A stretch of 64,000 nucleotides of DNA from Candidatus Latescibacterota bacterium. Its GTDB lineage: Bacteria; Latescibacterota; UBA2968. This document shows, piece by piece, positions 41,704-52,521 of the stretch. Numbering within the stretch: the first letter of the stretch is position 1; each line of letters begins with the position of its first letter. The translations under genes were made by a program, and so were the position numbers. The DNA is taken from the NCBI GenBank assembly GCA_965198115.1, contig OZ240241.1, positions 4,672,001 to 4,736,000 of the forward strand, written 5' to 3'. The notes below the pieces were generated by a model. The model did no database searches and was not told where the DNA came from. It saw nothing but the letters and a program-made list of their open reading frames with translations.

Positions 41704-42593
41704 GTGAGGTCCTTTCGCCCTCCACGGGGAGACGCTACAGCATTAAACGCGTGTGCAAAGTGTTGCAGATACCCCGTTCCACGGTGCACAGCCAGCTTCG
41801 TCGTTCATCCGTAACCGATCTTCGGCAACCCCGGAAGCGAGGCCCGGTCGGAGCGGGTACCGATGAGGAATTGGTCTCCCTCATTCAGCAGGAGATCGAC
41901 GCGTCACCCTTCCACGGCGAAGGATACCGCAAGATCTGGGCCAGGCTTCGCTTTCACGGTATGCGGACGTCAAAGGATCGGGTCCGCCGGTTGATGCGTG
42001 AAAACGGGCTCCAGGCGCGTCCAGGACGGCGTCGCGAACGACGAGCCCACGATGGCACGATTACGACCGAGAAGCCCGATCAGATGTGGGGCACCGACCT
42101 GACTGTGACGCCCACGGTCGACGAGGGCAGAGCCTCCGTGTTTATCGCGATCGACCACTGCACGTGCGAGTGTGTGGGCATTCACGCCTCCAAGACGGCC
42201 AACCGCTTTGAGGCTCTCGAGCCGATCCGACAGGGCATCCGTGAACACTTCGGGGGCTTCGAAGAAAACATCGCCGAAGGACTGGAGCTCCGACACGATC
42301 ACGGGTCACAATACGTCTCTGACGACTTCCAGAACGAGATCGCATTCCTCGGCGTCCAAACATCGCCGAGTTTCGTGCGTGAGCCAGAAGGCAACGGATG
42401 CGCCGAGCGGTTCATCCGTACCCTCAAAGAAAACCTCCTGTGGGTTAGACACTTCAGTACCATCGAAGACCTGCGCCTCGCACTCCTTGAGTTTCGGGAC
42501 AGATACAACCACAGGTGGATCATCGAACGTCACGGCTACAAGACGCCCGAACAGGCTAGAAACGCACTCACGGCAACTCGAAAGGCCGCCTGA
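41700..42593 (+). CDS. IS3-like OrfB DDE integrase core
   Basis: GYRKIWARL, WGTD, HDHGSQY, AERFIRTLKE; ATGA overlap with orfA. Confidence 0.9.
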   Translation: MSEVLSPSTGRRYSIKRVCKVLQIPRSTVHSQLRRSSVTDLRQPRKRGPVGAGTDEELVSLIQQEIDASPFHGEGYRKIWARLRFHGMRTSKDRVRRLMRENGLQARPGRRRERRAHDGTITTEKPDQMWGTDLTVTPTVDEGRASVFIAIDHCTCECVGIHASKTANRFEALEPIRQGIREHFGGFEENIAEGLELRHDHGSQYVSDDFQNEIAFLGVQTSPSFVREPEGNGCAERFIRTLKENLLWVRHFSTIEDLRLALLEFRDRYNHRWIIERHGYKTPEQARNALTATRKAA

Positions 42594-42971
42594 ATACACT
42601 CACCCGAGTGTCCAGACAACCGCGGGCTTTACAGTGGTTGGATCTACCCGCACCGTATGTCGACGCCGTCGTCACCTACAGCGAGCCGGCTCGGATTCTG
42701 AACGATTTCTTCCACAAAATGGCCTCGGGAAACCGGAAGAACCACTCCTACGACCGTGCGAAGCTTCGACGATCACTCAGGCTATCCGGGTACATCGAAT
42801 AGCCTGTCACAGTTTCTCTGCAATAAGCCCGATGATGGACTGGACAGGAGACACACGGCGCATTTCCGATGGGGGATGGATCCACAGGACCAGGCTTCCC
42901 AATCGTACACCGAATGTCTTGACCTTCTCGATGTACTCGCCTCTACCGTTGTGTCCGTCATTCACCACGCA

Positions 42972-43019
42972 ACCCGGGTCTAGCGCCCCGGGCTAGGCTC
43001 TCCCGCCCCTTCAGGGCGG
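42972..43019. repeat. REP-like double hairpin
   Basis: CCCGGG..CCCGGG followed by CCGCCC-cttca-GGGCGG. Confidence 0.45.
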
Positions 43020-43082
43020 AAACCTCCAGATCGCTGCGCACTCGCCGACCCCGCGTTGAAACGCTCTTTGAAGGAGCTCGAA

Positions 43083-43858
43083 ATGAAATCCATCGACCTG
43101 GATGTCCGGTACTACCATCTCACCCGCAAAGCTTACACCGATGAAAAGGACTTTCACCTAAATACGTTGAGCTTCAACTATCCGGTCGATGAGATTGCCC
43201 TCATCCAGGTAGACGTCTGGAGCGATCATTACGTGAAAACACACCTCGACCGTGGACAGGATATCACTCTGAATCGCATCAACCCTGTCGCCGATGCCCT
43301 TCGATCAGTCGGCGCGACCGTCGTCCACGCCCCCAGTCCCAACTGTGCAAAGCTGTATACGGCTGGACGCAATTCGCGGGGGACGAAGAGGTACACGGTC
43401 GATTGCCGACACCCAAAGACGAATGGCCGCCAGAGCCTTTCCGCGCCAAGACCGGCGAATATGAAAAATGGGCGCGTCCCAAGGACCCGCCCGATCAGCG
43501 CTACGACGACATCAACAAGAATCGCAGCATCATTCTCGAGGCCGCACCTAAAGAGGGCGATCACGTCATCGTGACCGGCGCCCAGCTTCATCGCCTGCTG
43601 AAGCACAAGAAGATCCTGCACCTGTTCTACGCAGGCTTCGCCGCCAATATGTGCGTCCCCTTTCGCGACTACGGAATGCGCGCCATGAAAGACCGAGGCT
43701 ACGACATCATTCTCATCCGCGACTGCACGACCGCCATCGAGGTCGACGCCACGGTTGACGACGAGATTCTCACGCAGGCCGCCGTCACCAACACCGAAAT
43801 GACCGTCGGCTGTAGCACATCATCCGCCGACGTCATCGCTGCTTGTTCAGCAGCGTAG
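43083..43858 (+). pseudogene. Isochorismatase/cysteine hydrolase family, frameshifted near 43360
   Basis: LIQVDVW, VVHAPS, then YAGFAANMCV, LIRDCT in the second frame. Confidence 0.75.
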
Positions 43859-43966
43859 GACGGTCGCGCAGGCATCCGGCAGACCTGTAACAAAGATTCC
43901 CGCCTCTTCCTGGCGACGTCCCCACAGGAGCCCAAGGCGAGGGAGGGAACACTGACAATGGGTTTC

Positions 43967-45663
43967 CTACCAGTAACGCGTCTCGCTCCAGGATCCCCTC
44001 TCGAACAGAAACGACTCATCCGTAAGGTAGCTGGCGCACTCGTGATCGACGAACTTGCGCTCTCCCTTCAGATCCTCGCCAGGATTCTGAGCGTAGTGCG
44101 CGAGATAAATGATCCGAGCTGCTACGTGAAAGGCTTCAATCAGACTCGTATGGTCTTCAGGCAGGAGTAGGACGGATTGATAACTCTCAAGAAACGCTCG
44201 TCTTCTGTCCGGCGGTGCCCGTTCCAGATGAACGACCAGGCGATGTCGTAGAGATAGTATCCGAACACGAAGCTGTTGTAATCGATCGGGCAAGCTGCGT
44301 CTCCCGAGAAGACCACGGTACCGGGCATAAGCGTATATATGGGACCCCAGACCGGTCGAGATTCGCCCAGGTCATCAATCACGCCGGTAATCTTCTGCAC
44401 GGCATCTTCGACGACTGAAATATCTGAATCGGGGAGACGATCCTGTTCGGAAGCCCATCGGAGAACCTCGAGAGCCGTCTGCATCCTCGTCCGATCCATT
44501 CTCGGCAGCACGAAGCCATCCGGCCAGTCCCAATGACCAGCGTGCTGATGCATCTTTGCCGACATCACGCCAAGATTACGTAAATCCGAAACCGGTCGGC
44601 CGATGTTTTTCCGGTGGTTCTCCGCAACCTCGTCGCCCTCGACCCAGTCGAGAAGCGCACAGTTAATGGCCTCCCCATCGGAGACAACCTGGGTAACGAA
44701 GTCCCCCTCTTGATTCGGGATGGGCTGTTGCACGGTCAGGTCCGTGTCGCGGCCCATTGCATCGAACCATCGCAGACCGGATTCCAGAACGTCGGCCCGA
44801 TCCCGAATGCCAGTGAGACTATCGAGCGGATTCTCAACGCGTATCGGTGCAGGGTTGTAGACGTGGAGGGCGAACGTTTTTCCGCCGGATGTCAGACGAA
44901 AAGCCATTGGACCGCCGATCACGATCATATTGCGCACCAGCTCGGTCCCTCCGGTCTCGACATCGTAGTGGGTCATCGCTTGTTCGGCGACGCGAAGCGC
45001 TTCTTGCCGTCGCTCGTCACGGTGCTCACCCCGGCCGTATTCATACGCGCGATCGAACCAGGCCCAGGTCTTTTCGACATTCCGACGAACCTGTTGGACG
45101 AAACGGTCGTCGTTCGAGGGGGCTGTGTCACGAAGTGTCTGCACGTCCGACATCCTTTCCTTAAGTTTCTTGCGAGCTGATCGCAGACGGTTGTCTACCG
45201 TCGAAACCGGCACGTCGAGGAATGCGGCAATCGTCCTGCGACCGTAGTCACTCGTGTAGTAGAGGTGAAGGACCTGACGTTCCTGCGTGGGCAAACCGTT
45301 CAGCGCTGATTCGAGACGTGCCCGGGTCTCTCCTACGATGAGATCTTCGGCCGGATCGTCCGCATCGGTCGACAGGGCTTCTACCGGCACGAGGGTGGCG
45401 GATCGTTTTCGGAGTACCCGGTCGCAGTGCTTGTGGACGATGGTTCTGAACCAGCCGGGAAACGCCGCGGGCGACCTCAACGCTCGAAGATCCCGGTAGG
45501 CCTGAAGAAACGCCTCCTGGGCGACATCCTCGGACTGGTGGAAGTCGCCAAGGCACGCGCGGGCGTAGCCCACAGCCATATCCTGAAACCGACGCACGAT
45601 GCTCGTGAACGCCGCCACATCACCCGATTGCGCACGCGAAACGAGCTGGTCCAACTCTTTCAA
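43967..45663 (-). CDS. ECF sigma factor fused to an APH-like domain (frameshift near 44210)
   Basis: sigma2 EDVAQEAFL/FPGWF; sigma4 IAAFLDVPVSTVDNRL; C-terminal APH fold; tail in ORF 43967-44293; AGGAG RBS before TTG. Confidence 0.82.
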
Positions 45664-45697
45664 GGAAACTCCTGCTGTAGAAGGCCTCTATCTCTAA

Positions 45698-45724
45698 GGA
45701 CCCAGTATACCAAAATAGTTGTAC
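45698..45724 (-). promoter_or_regulatory. Putative ECF-type autoregulatory promoter
   Basis: Minus strand GTACAAC - 16 nt - GTCC, matching the generic AAC...GTC ECF pattern. Confidence 0.45.
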
Positions 45725-45759
45725 GTGCTCTCCAGCGGAGCACGTCCGCGAGCCTCACG

Positions 45760-46847
45760 ATGACCTCATTCACCAGCCCGGATCTCCCAAGCCAGCCTGA
45801 CCGTCGCCCGGGCGAACTCGCCGATAAGGCTACGTTTCGACGGCTGAGTCGTTGGAAGCCAGCGCTGCCCACGCACTCGATCGAGGCGATTGTGGAAAAG
45901 CACGGGCTTCCCTCGATCGACGAAGGATCGGCCACGCACTCCAACGCGATGAACGTTGTCTACCGGTTGGATTCATCCGAAGAACGACTCTTCCTGAAGA
46001 TCCAACTTCGGGATCCGGGCGGCACGCTCGCGACCGAGAAAGAAGTGTTCGGCCTGATTGCCGGTCACACCCGCTTACCCGTGCCTGATCTGGTCATCCT
46101 CGACGAAGATCGCGACGTCCTTCCTCACTCCTTTCTCATCACCTCGACGCTATCGGGAGAGGGTGGACGTGATGTTTTCGAACGCACCGAGCGATCCGTA
46201 CGTCAGGCAACGATGGCTGCCGTTGGGCACGCGCTGGCTTCGATTCACTCGATCCCCGTACCGACCCATACCGGGATTCCGGGACAGCTGTTCTTTCTGC
46301 CGCATTGGAAGACCAACGTTGTCCGGATTCTGGAAGACACACGTTATCTGAGGGAAATCGAAATTCTGAGACCGGGATTCCCTGCCCTACTGGAGGAGCT
46401 GGTCACAGACCTGTCAATCCCCGATCTTGATGATGAACGGGCTCTGCTGTGGTGTGACCCGGTGCTGCACAACCTGATGGAGGATGTGGACGGAAACCAC
46501 GTTACGCTAACCGGTGTCTTCGATTTTCAGAAGGCTCAGGTGGGAGCCGGTTTTCTGACGTGCTTTACGCAAAGGGCGATCTGCGAAGATCGAACCCCCT
46601 TGGATTCTACAGTGACCCAACTGTGGAGGAAGCCTTCGTACGAGGATACACGGAAGTCGGCGGCAACCCTCCGCCGGAACCAACAGAGGTCGAGGCCCTC
46701 GTTCGTGAGCTCCTCTTGAAATCCCTGGCTGGGAAGTGGTGGCTGGATTGTCTCGGCATCCTTCATCCGAAAGTCGGAGAAAACCTCGACGACGCCGAGA
46801 CTGCCGCGAACCGACTCTTACACGAACTTCGATCGGGCGCCCTGTAG
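45760..46847 (+). pseudogene. APH-family phosphotransferase, frameshifted near 46550
   Basis: LFLK, PVPD, LASIH, WCDPVLHNL, GVFDF; tail in ORF 46560-46847. Confidence 0.72.
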
Positions 46848-47103
46848 CCAAAGGAGAACGGATGGAAGAAACTCGTCTCGAAACCCCTCAGAACCGTTTC
46901 CAACAACAGTTCGGTACACCCAAAGCGCGCACGGCCGCCAAGGTTCGCGATCATATGTCGTCGTTCGTCCAGGAATACATCAGTCACGCTCCCTTCGTCG
47001 TCCTCGCGACCAGCGATCGGGAGGGGAACTGCGACACGTATTCTTAGGGTTTGCCACGAAATAAGTGCTGCACTTTTCAAGGTAATGATCTTACGCTCGG
47101 AGT

Positions 47104-48313
47104 GTGGACGTCGAAACTCTCCGAACGAAGTATGAAGCCTTGGCTCCGGTGCTGACGGAACGCACGCGTCGTCTGTGGGCCGCCACGGAAGCCGAAGCGT
47201 TGGGTCACGGTGGGATCGCGATTGTGGCTCTGGCGACAGGAATGTCCAGAGAGCGGATCTTTCGTGGCATTCAGGAGTTGAGGTCGGACGAACCTTTGGA
47301 CCCGGCTCGCATCCGGCGTCCAGGCGGCGGTCGTAAGCGGAAGGCCGACACGGACCCGACGCTGTGGCAGGACCTGAATGATCTGGTCGAGCCAACGACT
47401 GCGGGGTCGCCTGACGACAATCCTCTGAGATGGACATCGAAGAGCACTCGCAAACTGGCCGCCGAGTTGCAAGCGATGGGGCATTCGGTGAGCCCCAGGA
47501 TCGTTGCCAATCTCCTGCACGAACACGATTACACGCTGCAGGCGAATCGGAAGACAAGGGAGGGATCTGCACACCCGGATCGGGACGCTCAGTTCGTTTA
47601 CCTCGATGATCGGATTAGCCAGCAGCAGCAGCAGGGCCTTCCCGTTATCTCGGTGGACACCAAGAAGAAAGAGTTGATCGGCGACTTCAAGAATCCTGGC
47701 CGAGAATGGCGACCCAAGGGAGACCCGGAGCGTGTGAAGGTACACGATTTCATAGTGCCTGCTCAGGGCAAGGCGATCCCTTATGGAGTGTATGATCTGA
47801 GCCGTGATGAAGGCTGGGTAAGTGTCGGTATCGATCACGACACGGCCAGCTTCGCCGTGAATGCGATCCGAAGTTGGTGGAAGAACATGGGACGGCCCGC
47901 CTACGGCACTTCGACGCATCTGCTAATCACGGCGGACGCAGGCGGCAGCAACGGCGCCAAGACGCGGCTGTGGAAGTGGGAGCTGCAGCGCTTTGCGAAT
48001 CGCACTGGCCTGACGATCACCGTATGCCACTACCCTCCTGGCACTAGTAAGTGGAACAAGATCGAACATCGCCTGTTCTCCTTCATCGCTATGAACTGGG
48101 CGAGGCAAGCCCCTGGTCAGCCTGGCTGCAACCGTGAATCTCATTGCCGGAACGACCACTCAAGCCGGTCTCCGAGTACGCTCCGAGATCGACAAGCGAC
48201 CCTACCCTAACGGGGTCAAGGTGACCGATGAACAGATGACCCAAATCGATCTCACTCCGCACGATTTCCACGGCGACTGGAACTACACGATCCGGCCAAT
48301 GGCTCAACATTGA
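47104..48313 (+). pseudogene. ISAzo13 transposase, frameshifted near 48100
   Basis: LRWTSKS, ISVDTKKKE, ADAGGSNG, SKWNKIEHRLF; tail HGDWNYTI in the shifted frame. Confidence 0.9.
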
Positions 48314-48331
48314 GATCGACCGTTTATTTAT

Positions 48332-49751
48332 GGCTATATTCGGATCTCTCAACGAGATGAAGTGGGTGAAGGTGCCGTGGTTCCTGGCATGGGGGCGCGG
48401 TTAGAGTGTGCGGAACCTCTTCGGAATCTGCTCAGGGATGTTTATGTCTCCGACGGTAAGGAAGATCATATCGTTGAATGCGTCGAGTGTGCGGAATCCG
48501 CTGGCTCGGTTCTTGACGATTTGGACGATTCGGTTGAGGCCTTCGGCGATGGCGTTGGTAAGACGCGTGTTCACGAATGCGAGGACGCCGAAGAAGTGCT
48601 GTCGCAGGGTCCTGACGAACTTTCGCAGGGGTTCAAGTCGACTTCTGAGTGCGGACGTCGTCCAGCATTTCAGGAAGCGTTCGGCAGCCCAGGGCGCTTT
48701 GTATTCCCAGAACTGCTCGAACTCGTCCTTGAGTCTCCAGGCTCTATAGATTCGGTAGTTCGCCTTCTCCAGTGCTTTGAGTGTCCGAGTATCCCCTCTG
48801 GAGCGTGTCGCTGAGTGCCGGTAGAGGAGCCATCGGAGGCCCTTCATGGCTTTGCGCTCATCCGGGGCAGCTTTACGCCACTGGTCCTTACGGACCTCGT
48901 CAACGGCGGCATTGAGAGCCTTGACGATGTGAAAGCGATCGAGGACCAGCTTGGCATTCGGACAGTGTTCCTGGATGGCTCCGATGTAAGCTTCGCTCAT
49001 GTCGCAGCAGGCCCACTCGATCTTGGATCTCCGGTAGGGACTGAGAGCCTCTGTGAAGAACCGATCGATCGTTTTACGCGCCCTGCCGCGGCCAACCCAC
49101 ACCACGCAGGAGCGGTCCAGATCGTAAACGAGCGTGGCGTACCTGTGACGCTTGGCGTAGGAGATCTCGTCGATCCCGATGGTTTTGAGCCCTCGGATAC
49201 GATGACCTTCACGAAGCCGCGTGATGGATCGGTGAAGGAGATCCGACAGCGTCGAGGCAGAGATGCGCAGTAACTCGGACGCCGCCTTCTGCGTCATGGT
49301 CTGGCAGTAGCGCAGCATGGCATACTCGAAGCGATACGTCACCCGAGAGAACCGCTCCGCCCACGGAATCTCCTCGACCACACGACCGTGGGTAGGACAC
49401 CGAATCTCCCGAGGATGGTAGAGAAGCCAGACCCTCCACCCGCACACCGGAATGTCACGCCACCGACGCGGATGGGGCATTGTGCGGACGATTTTACCTC
49501 GACGGCCGCACTCCGGACAACAACAACCATTCTTATGTGGCTTTACGGCGATGACGACGCAGCTTCTCCCCTCAAACCACCAGCTGACAACACGGAACCC
49601 CTTGAATCTCAGCAGTTTCGATAGTAATCTGCTCCCGGTCATAGGTCGCACCCCCTTCGCTTTGATTGTCCTACACACACAACCAAGCGTAGGGAACGAT
49701 CTATGACCTTGTCATTCTATAGTTTCACCGTTGAGAAACCCGGATAGAGCC
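48332..49751 (-). mobile_element. ISL3-family element
   Basis: IRs GGCTATATTCGGATCTCTCAACG / GGCTCTATCCGGGTTTCTCAACG; near-perfect 8-bp TSD TTATTTAT/TTATTTTT. Confidence 0.9.
48401..49642 (-). CDS. ISL3 transposase
   Basis: CPECG zinc finger, IGIDE, CDM, DRFH, TNAIAEGLN. Confidence 0.93.
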   Translation of the reverse strand: MTGSRLLSKLLRFKGFRVVSWWFEGRSCVVIAVKPHKNGCCCPECGRRGKIVRTMPHPRRWRDIPVCGWRVWLLYHPREIRCPTHGRVVEEIPWAERFSRVTYRFEYAMLRYCQTMTQKAASELLRISASTLSDLLHRSITRLREGHRIRGLKTIGIDEISYAKRHRYATLVYDLDRSCVVWVGRGRARKTIDRFFTEALSPYRRSKIEWACCDMSEAYIGAIQEHCPNAKLVLDRFHIVKALNAAVDEVRKDQWRKAAPDERKAMKGLRWLLYRHSATRSRGDTRTLKALEKANYRIYRAWRLKDEFEQFWEYKAPWAAERFLKCWTTSALRSRLEPLRKFVRTLRQHFFGVLAFVNTRLTNAIAEGLNRIVQIVKNRASGFRTLDAFNDMIFLTVGDINIPEQIPKRFRTL

Positions 49752-50207
49752 TTATTTTTATTCGCGAACCCTAAGGGTGGGAAACCCGGCTTCGTCCGGG
49801 TCGTCGACGACCGTCACCTCATCGTTCCCGACGTCGCCGGCAACAGACTGTTCCAATCCTATCACAACTTGGATCAAAACCCGCACATCGGACTCCTCTT
49901 CTTGATATCCGGCCTCGATGAAACGGTCCGTGTCAACGGAACCGTCACCATTCTCGATCAGGAAGAGCTCCAACAGCGGCAGATCCAGATGTCCATTCAC
50001 AGTCCCGATGACAACGCCAAGCAGCTCCAGGGCCTGCTCGTGGAAGTCGATGAATCCTTCAGCCATTGCCCACGGGCGTTCAAATTTTCGAAACTGTGGG
50101 ACGTAGATCGAATCGACGGACACAGAGCCGAGCGACCCATCGGCGTGCGTCCAGTCGGCGGCTGAGTCAGCCACTGAGAAACCGAACGATCGCTGAAGGA
50201 GACGAAG

Positions 50208-50795
50208 GTGAGTGAGCGTAGACCGATCGCCCCCGATCTCGTCAAGGAATTCGTGCTGGCGGCGCACGGAAAACCGGACAGGGTTCGAGCCCTCTACGAC
50301 GGGGATCCGGGCCTTCTTCGCGCATCAATGGATTGGGGAGAAGGCGACTGGGAGTGTGGACTCGAAGCGGCGGGTCACATCGGTAACCAGGAGATCGCAG
50401 AATTCCTGTTGGCCAAAGGAGCCCCAATGACGGTTTTCAGTGCGGCAATGTTGGGTAGAGCTGAACTTGTTAAAGCCTTTGTCGACGCGGACCCCGAAAC
50501 CTCCCGCCGGCCTGGTGTTCACGGAATATCCTTGATGTATCACGTCGCTCTGTCCGGTAAAGTCGAAATCGCCGAGTTACTCTTAACCGAATCGCCGGGA
50601 TGCGATGAGGCGCTTCACGCGGGCGTCCGCTTCGGTCACGCGGAAATGGTCGCGTGGCTCCTCGAATATGCAACCGACGTCAACGTGGTGAACTTCCAGG
50701 GACTAACGCCACTATCTGCGGCCATAGAGAGAAACGAGTCGAAGATCGCGGAATTATTGCGGGCAAAGGGAGGGCGAGAGGCACCGGTTACGTAG
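50208..50795 (+). CDS. Ankyrin repeat protein
   Basis: EFVLAAHG, ALHAGV, GLTPLSAA..IAELL. Confidence 0.82.
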   Translation: MSERRPIAPDLVKEFVLAAHGKPDRVRALYDGDPGLLRASMDWGEGDWECGLEAAGHIGNQEIAEFLLAKGAPMTVFSAAMLGRAELVKAFVDADPETSRRPGVHGISLMYHVALSGKVEIAELLLTESPGCDEALHAGVRFGHAEMVAWLLEYATDVNVVNFQGLTPLSAAIERNESKIAELLRAKGGREAPVT

Positions 50796-50818
50796 TCCCA
50801 GATTCCTCGCCTCACATA

Positions 50819-51413
50819 GTGCGAGACGACAAACCGAAATGGGCGGGACGCGTTCAACGATTCAAAATCGCCCAACTCTACGAGAAGGACGCAGCCGGCA
50901 TCGTCGACGAAACCCTGATCGACGAGGTGGGTTTCGCGATCCTCGACCGTTGCATCGCGATCCTGACCGCCTCCCAAGCCCACGGCGGTCGAGTCCCCTG
51001 TCCGATCTGTGGCAAAGTCGTCTCACGTGAGTGGTGCGGTTCCGTTCAGTGCGAGGATTGCGATTGGCGTATCCAGTGGAAAGAGTATCACAAGACCTAC
51101 AAGCGCAAGCAGCTGATGGCCGGGAGGATGAAACCGTTCATCGAGGCCTACGTCGACGACTTTCAGAACCCCACAGCAGAAAATGACCCTCATCGACATC
51201 CTCATCAGCCGATACCACGGCGAATTCGAGCGGGATGAGGGGCGTCCCGGTGGGCTCAATCTGATCGGCGGTAAGCGGAAGGAAGTTAGAGCCTTCCTGA
51301 ACGACCTGGCGAAGGGAGCCCCACGACCCGGACGAGAGCAGACACATCAGGCCTGGGTCGAGAAAACCAGACAAGAGCGGAAGCCGGCGTTCGGAGAACC
51401 GGAGTCAGACTGA
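50819..51413 (+). pseudogene. Hypothetical Zn-ribbon protein, frameshifted near 51170
   Basis: CPIC...CEDC; tail MTLIDILISRYH... in ORF 51183-51413. Confidence 0.55.
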
Positions 51414-51447
51414 GCGTTTGGGGTTTCACCACAGCAAAGGTGAGAAA

Positions 51448-52521
51448 ATGGCAGATCCAATCAGAATGGGCGTCATCGGATGCCGGGTCGGACGAACCTG
51501 GGTGGCGGGCGCGAGAGCTTGCGAGGATACGGTCGCCTGGGCCGTCGCCGACCTGAACAAAGAGCTGGCTCGAGAGGTGGCCGGCCTCAACGAGGTGCCG
51601 AACGTCTACGGCGACTACCGTGAGCTCCTCGCAGATGAGTCTATCGATGCCGTTGGCGTCGCCACCGCACCCGACATTCGCAAGGAAATGGTCATCGACG
51701 CGCTGCGAGCGGGGAAGCACGTACTCGCCCAGAAGCCTCACGGCCGCACGGCCGCGGATGTGGAAGAGATCAACGCCGTTGCCTTGGAGACCGGCAAGAC
51801 GCTCGTCTACGCCTATTTCATGAGGCATAACGCCGAGAACAAGGAGACGCGTCAGATCATCGCCGATGGTAAAATCGGGCAGCCGTACCACGCACGTGTC
51901 CACTACCACTTCCGGGAGCGCCGCGTCGACTCTACACCGCCACCCGGCCGCGAGTGGCTCTATCGGTGGGGCTTCAAAGGCGGTGCGCTGGGACAGCACG
52001 GCTCCCACTATCTCGACCAGGCCTGGTTTCTAATGGGCTGTCCACAACCGGAATGGGCCTTCGCCGTCAGCCACGCAGCGTTTCCGACCACGTTGGACGT
52101 CGAACGCCACTCTGAGGATTACCTGAGCTTTCTGGTCGGATGCGCTGGCGGCATCACGATCCAGATGGATGCGTCTTCCGTCATTCCGACGTGGAAGGAC
52201 CGGGCGTGGGATCTTCGGTTGCGCATTCTGGGCACGAACGGAACGATCGAATCGGAATCGATGTCCCTGCCGGATGGAATGAGACGCTCGGGAACGCGCA
52301 GGCTTCTCGGGTCGACTTACACCGAAGGCGATTTCGTCGACGAGTACGTCGACCACGAAGCTGGCGACTTCGACGCGGAGGTGAGCGATTTCGCGGCTGC
52401 CATACGCGGCACGCAACCACCCGACGTCTCACCCCAGGACGCCTTGACCTTCATGAAACTGCTCGACGCAATCTATCAGAGTGCCGAAACCGGTGAGAAA
52501 GTGACGATCGATGCCGGCTGA
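51448..52521 (+). CDS. Gfo/Idh/MocA oxidoreductase
   Basis: MGVIGC, AGKHVLAQKP, GGALGQHGSHYLD. Confidence 0.88.
   Translation: MADPIRMGVIGCRVGRTWVAGARACEDTVAWAVADLNKELAREVAGLNEVPNVYGDYRELLADESIDAVGVATAPDIRKEMVIDALRAGKHVLAQKPHGRTAADVEEINAVALETGKTLVYAYFMRHNAENKETRQIIADGKIGQPYHARVHYHFRERRVDSTPPPGREWLYRWGFKGGALGQHGSHYLDQAWFLMGCPQPEWAFAVSHAAFPTTLDVERHSEDYLSFLVGCAGGITIQMDASSVIPTWKDRAWDLRLRILGTNGTIESESMSLPDGMRRSGTRRLLGSTYTEGDFVDEYVDHEAGDFDAEVSDFAAAIRGTQPPDVSPQDALTFMKLLDAIYQSAETGEKVTIDAG

Larger units (their letters stand above)
41254..42633 (+). mobile_element. IS3-like two-ORF element
   Basis: Imperfect IRs ending GGACAC; flanked by a 15-bp direct repeat GTGGTTGGATCTACC. Confidence 0.85.
40319..42802 (+). 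pseudogene. Kinase-fold (APH/RIO-like) protein interrupted by an IS3-like element
   Basis: FFVKK, VHFDSHHSN, LTDFG; the frame resumes after the IS as APYVDAVV...SGYIE* to 42802. Confidence 0.78.
47046..49772 (+). mobile_element. ISAzo13-family element containing a nested ISL3 (ends approximate)
   Basis: IRs AGGGTTTGCCACGAAATAA / AGGGTTCGCGAATAAAAATAA. Confidence 0.8.
46862..50165 (+). pseudogene. Pyridoxamine 5'-phosphate oxidase-like FMN-binding protein split by ISAzo13/ISL3
   Basis: N-part ...PFVVLATSDREGNCDT; C-part PKGGKPGFV...GNRL...RVNG...HCPRAF. Confidence 0.85.

Noticed and set aside
45427-45759. N-terminal extension of the APH ORF
   Set aside because: Antisense to the ECF gene and its promoter; ATG 45760 is more plausible
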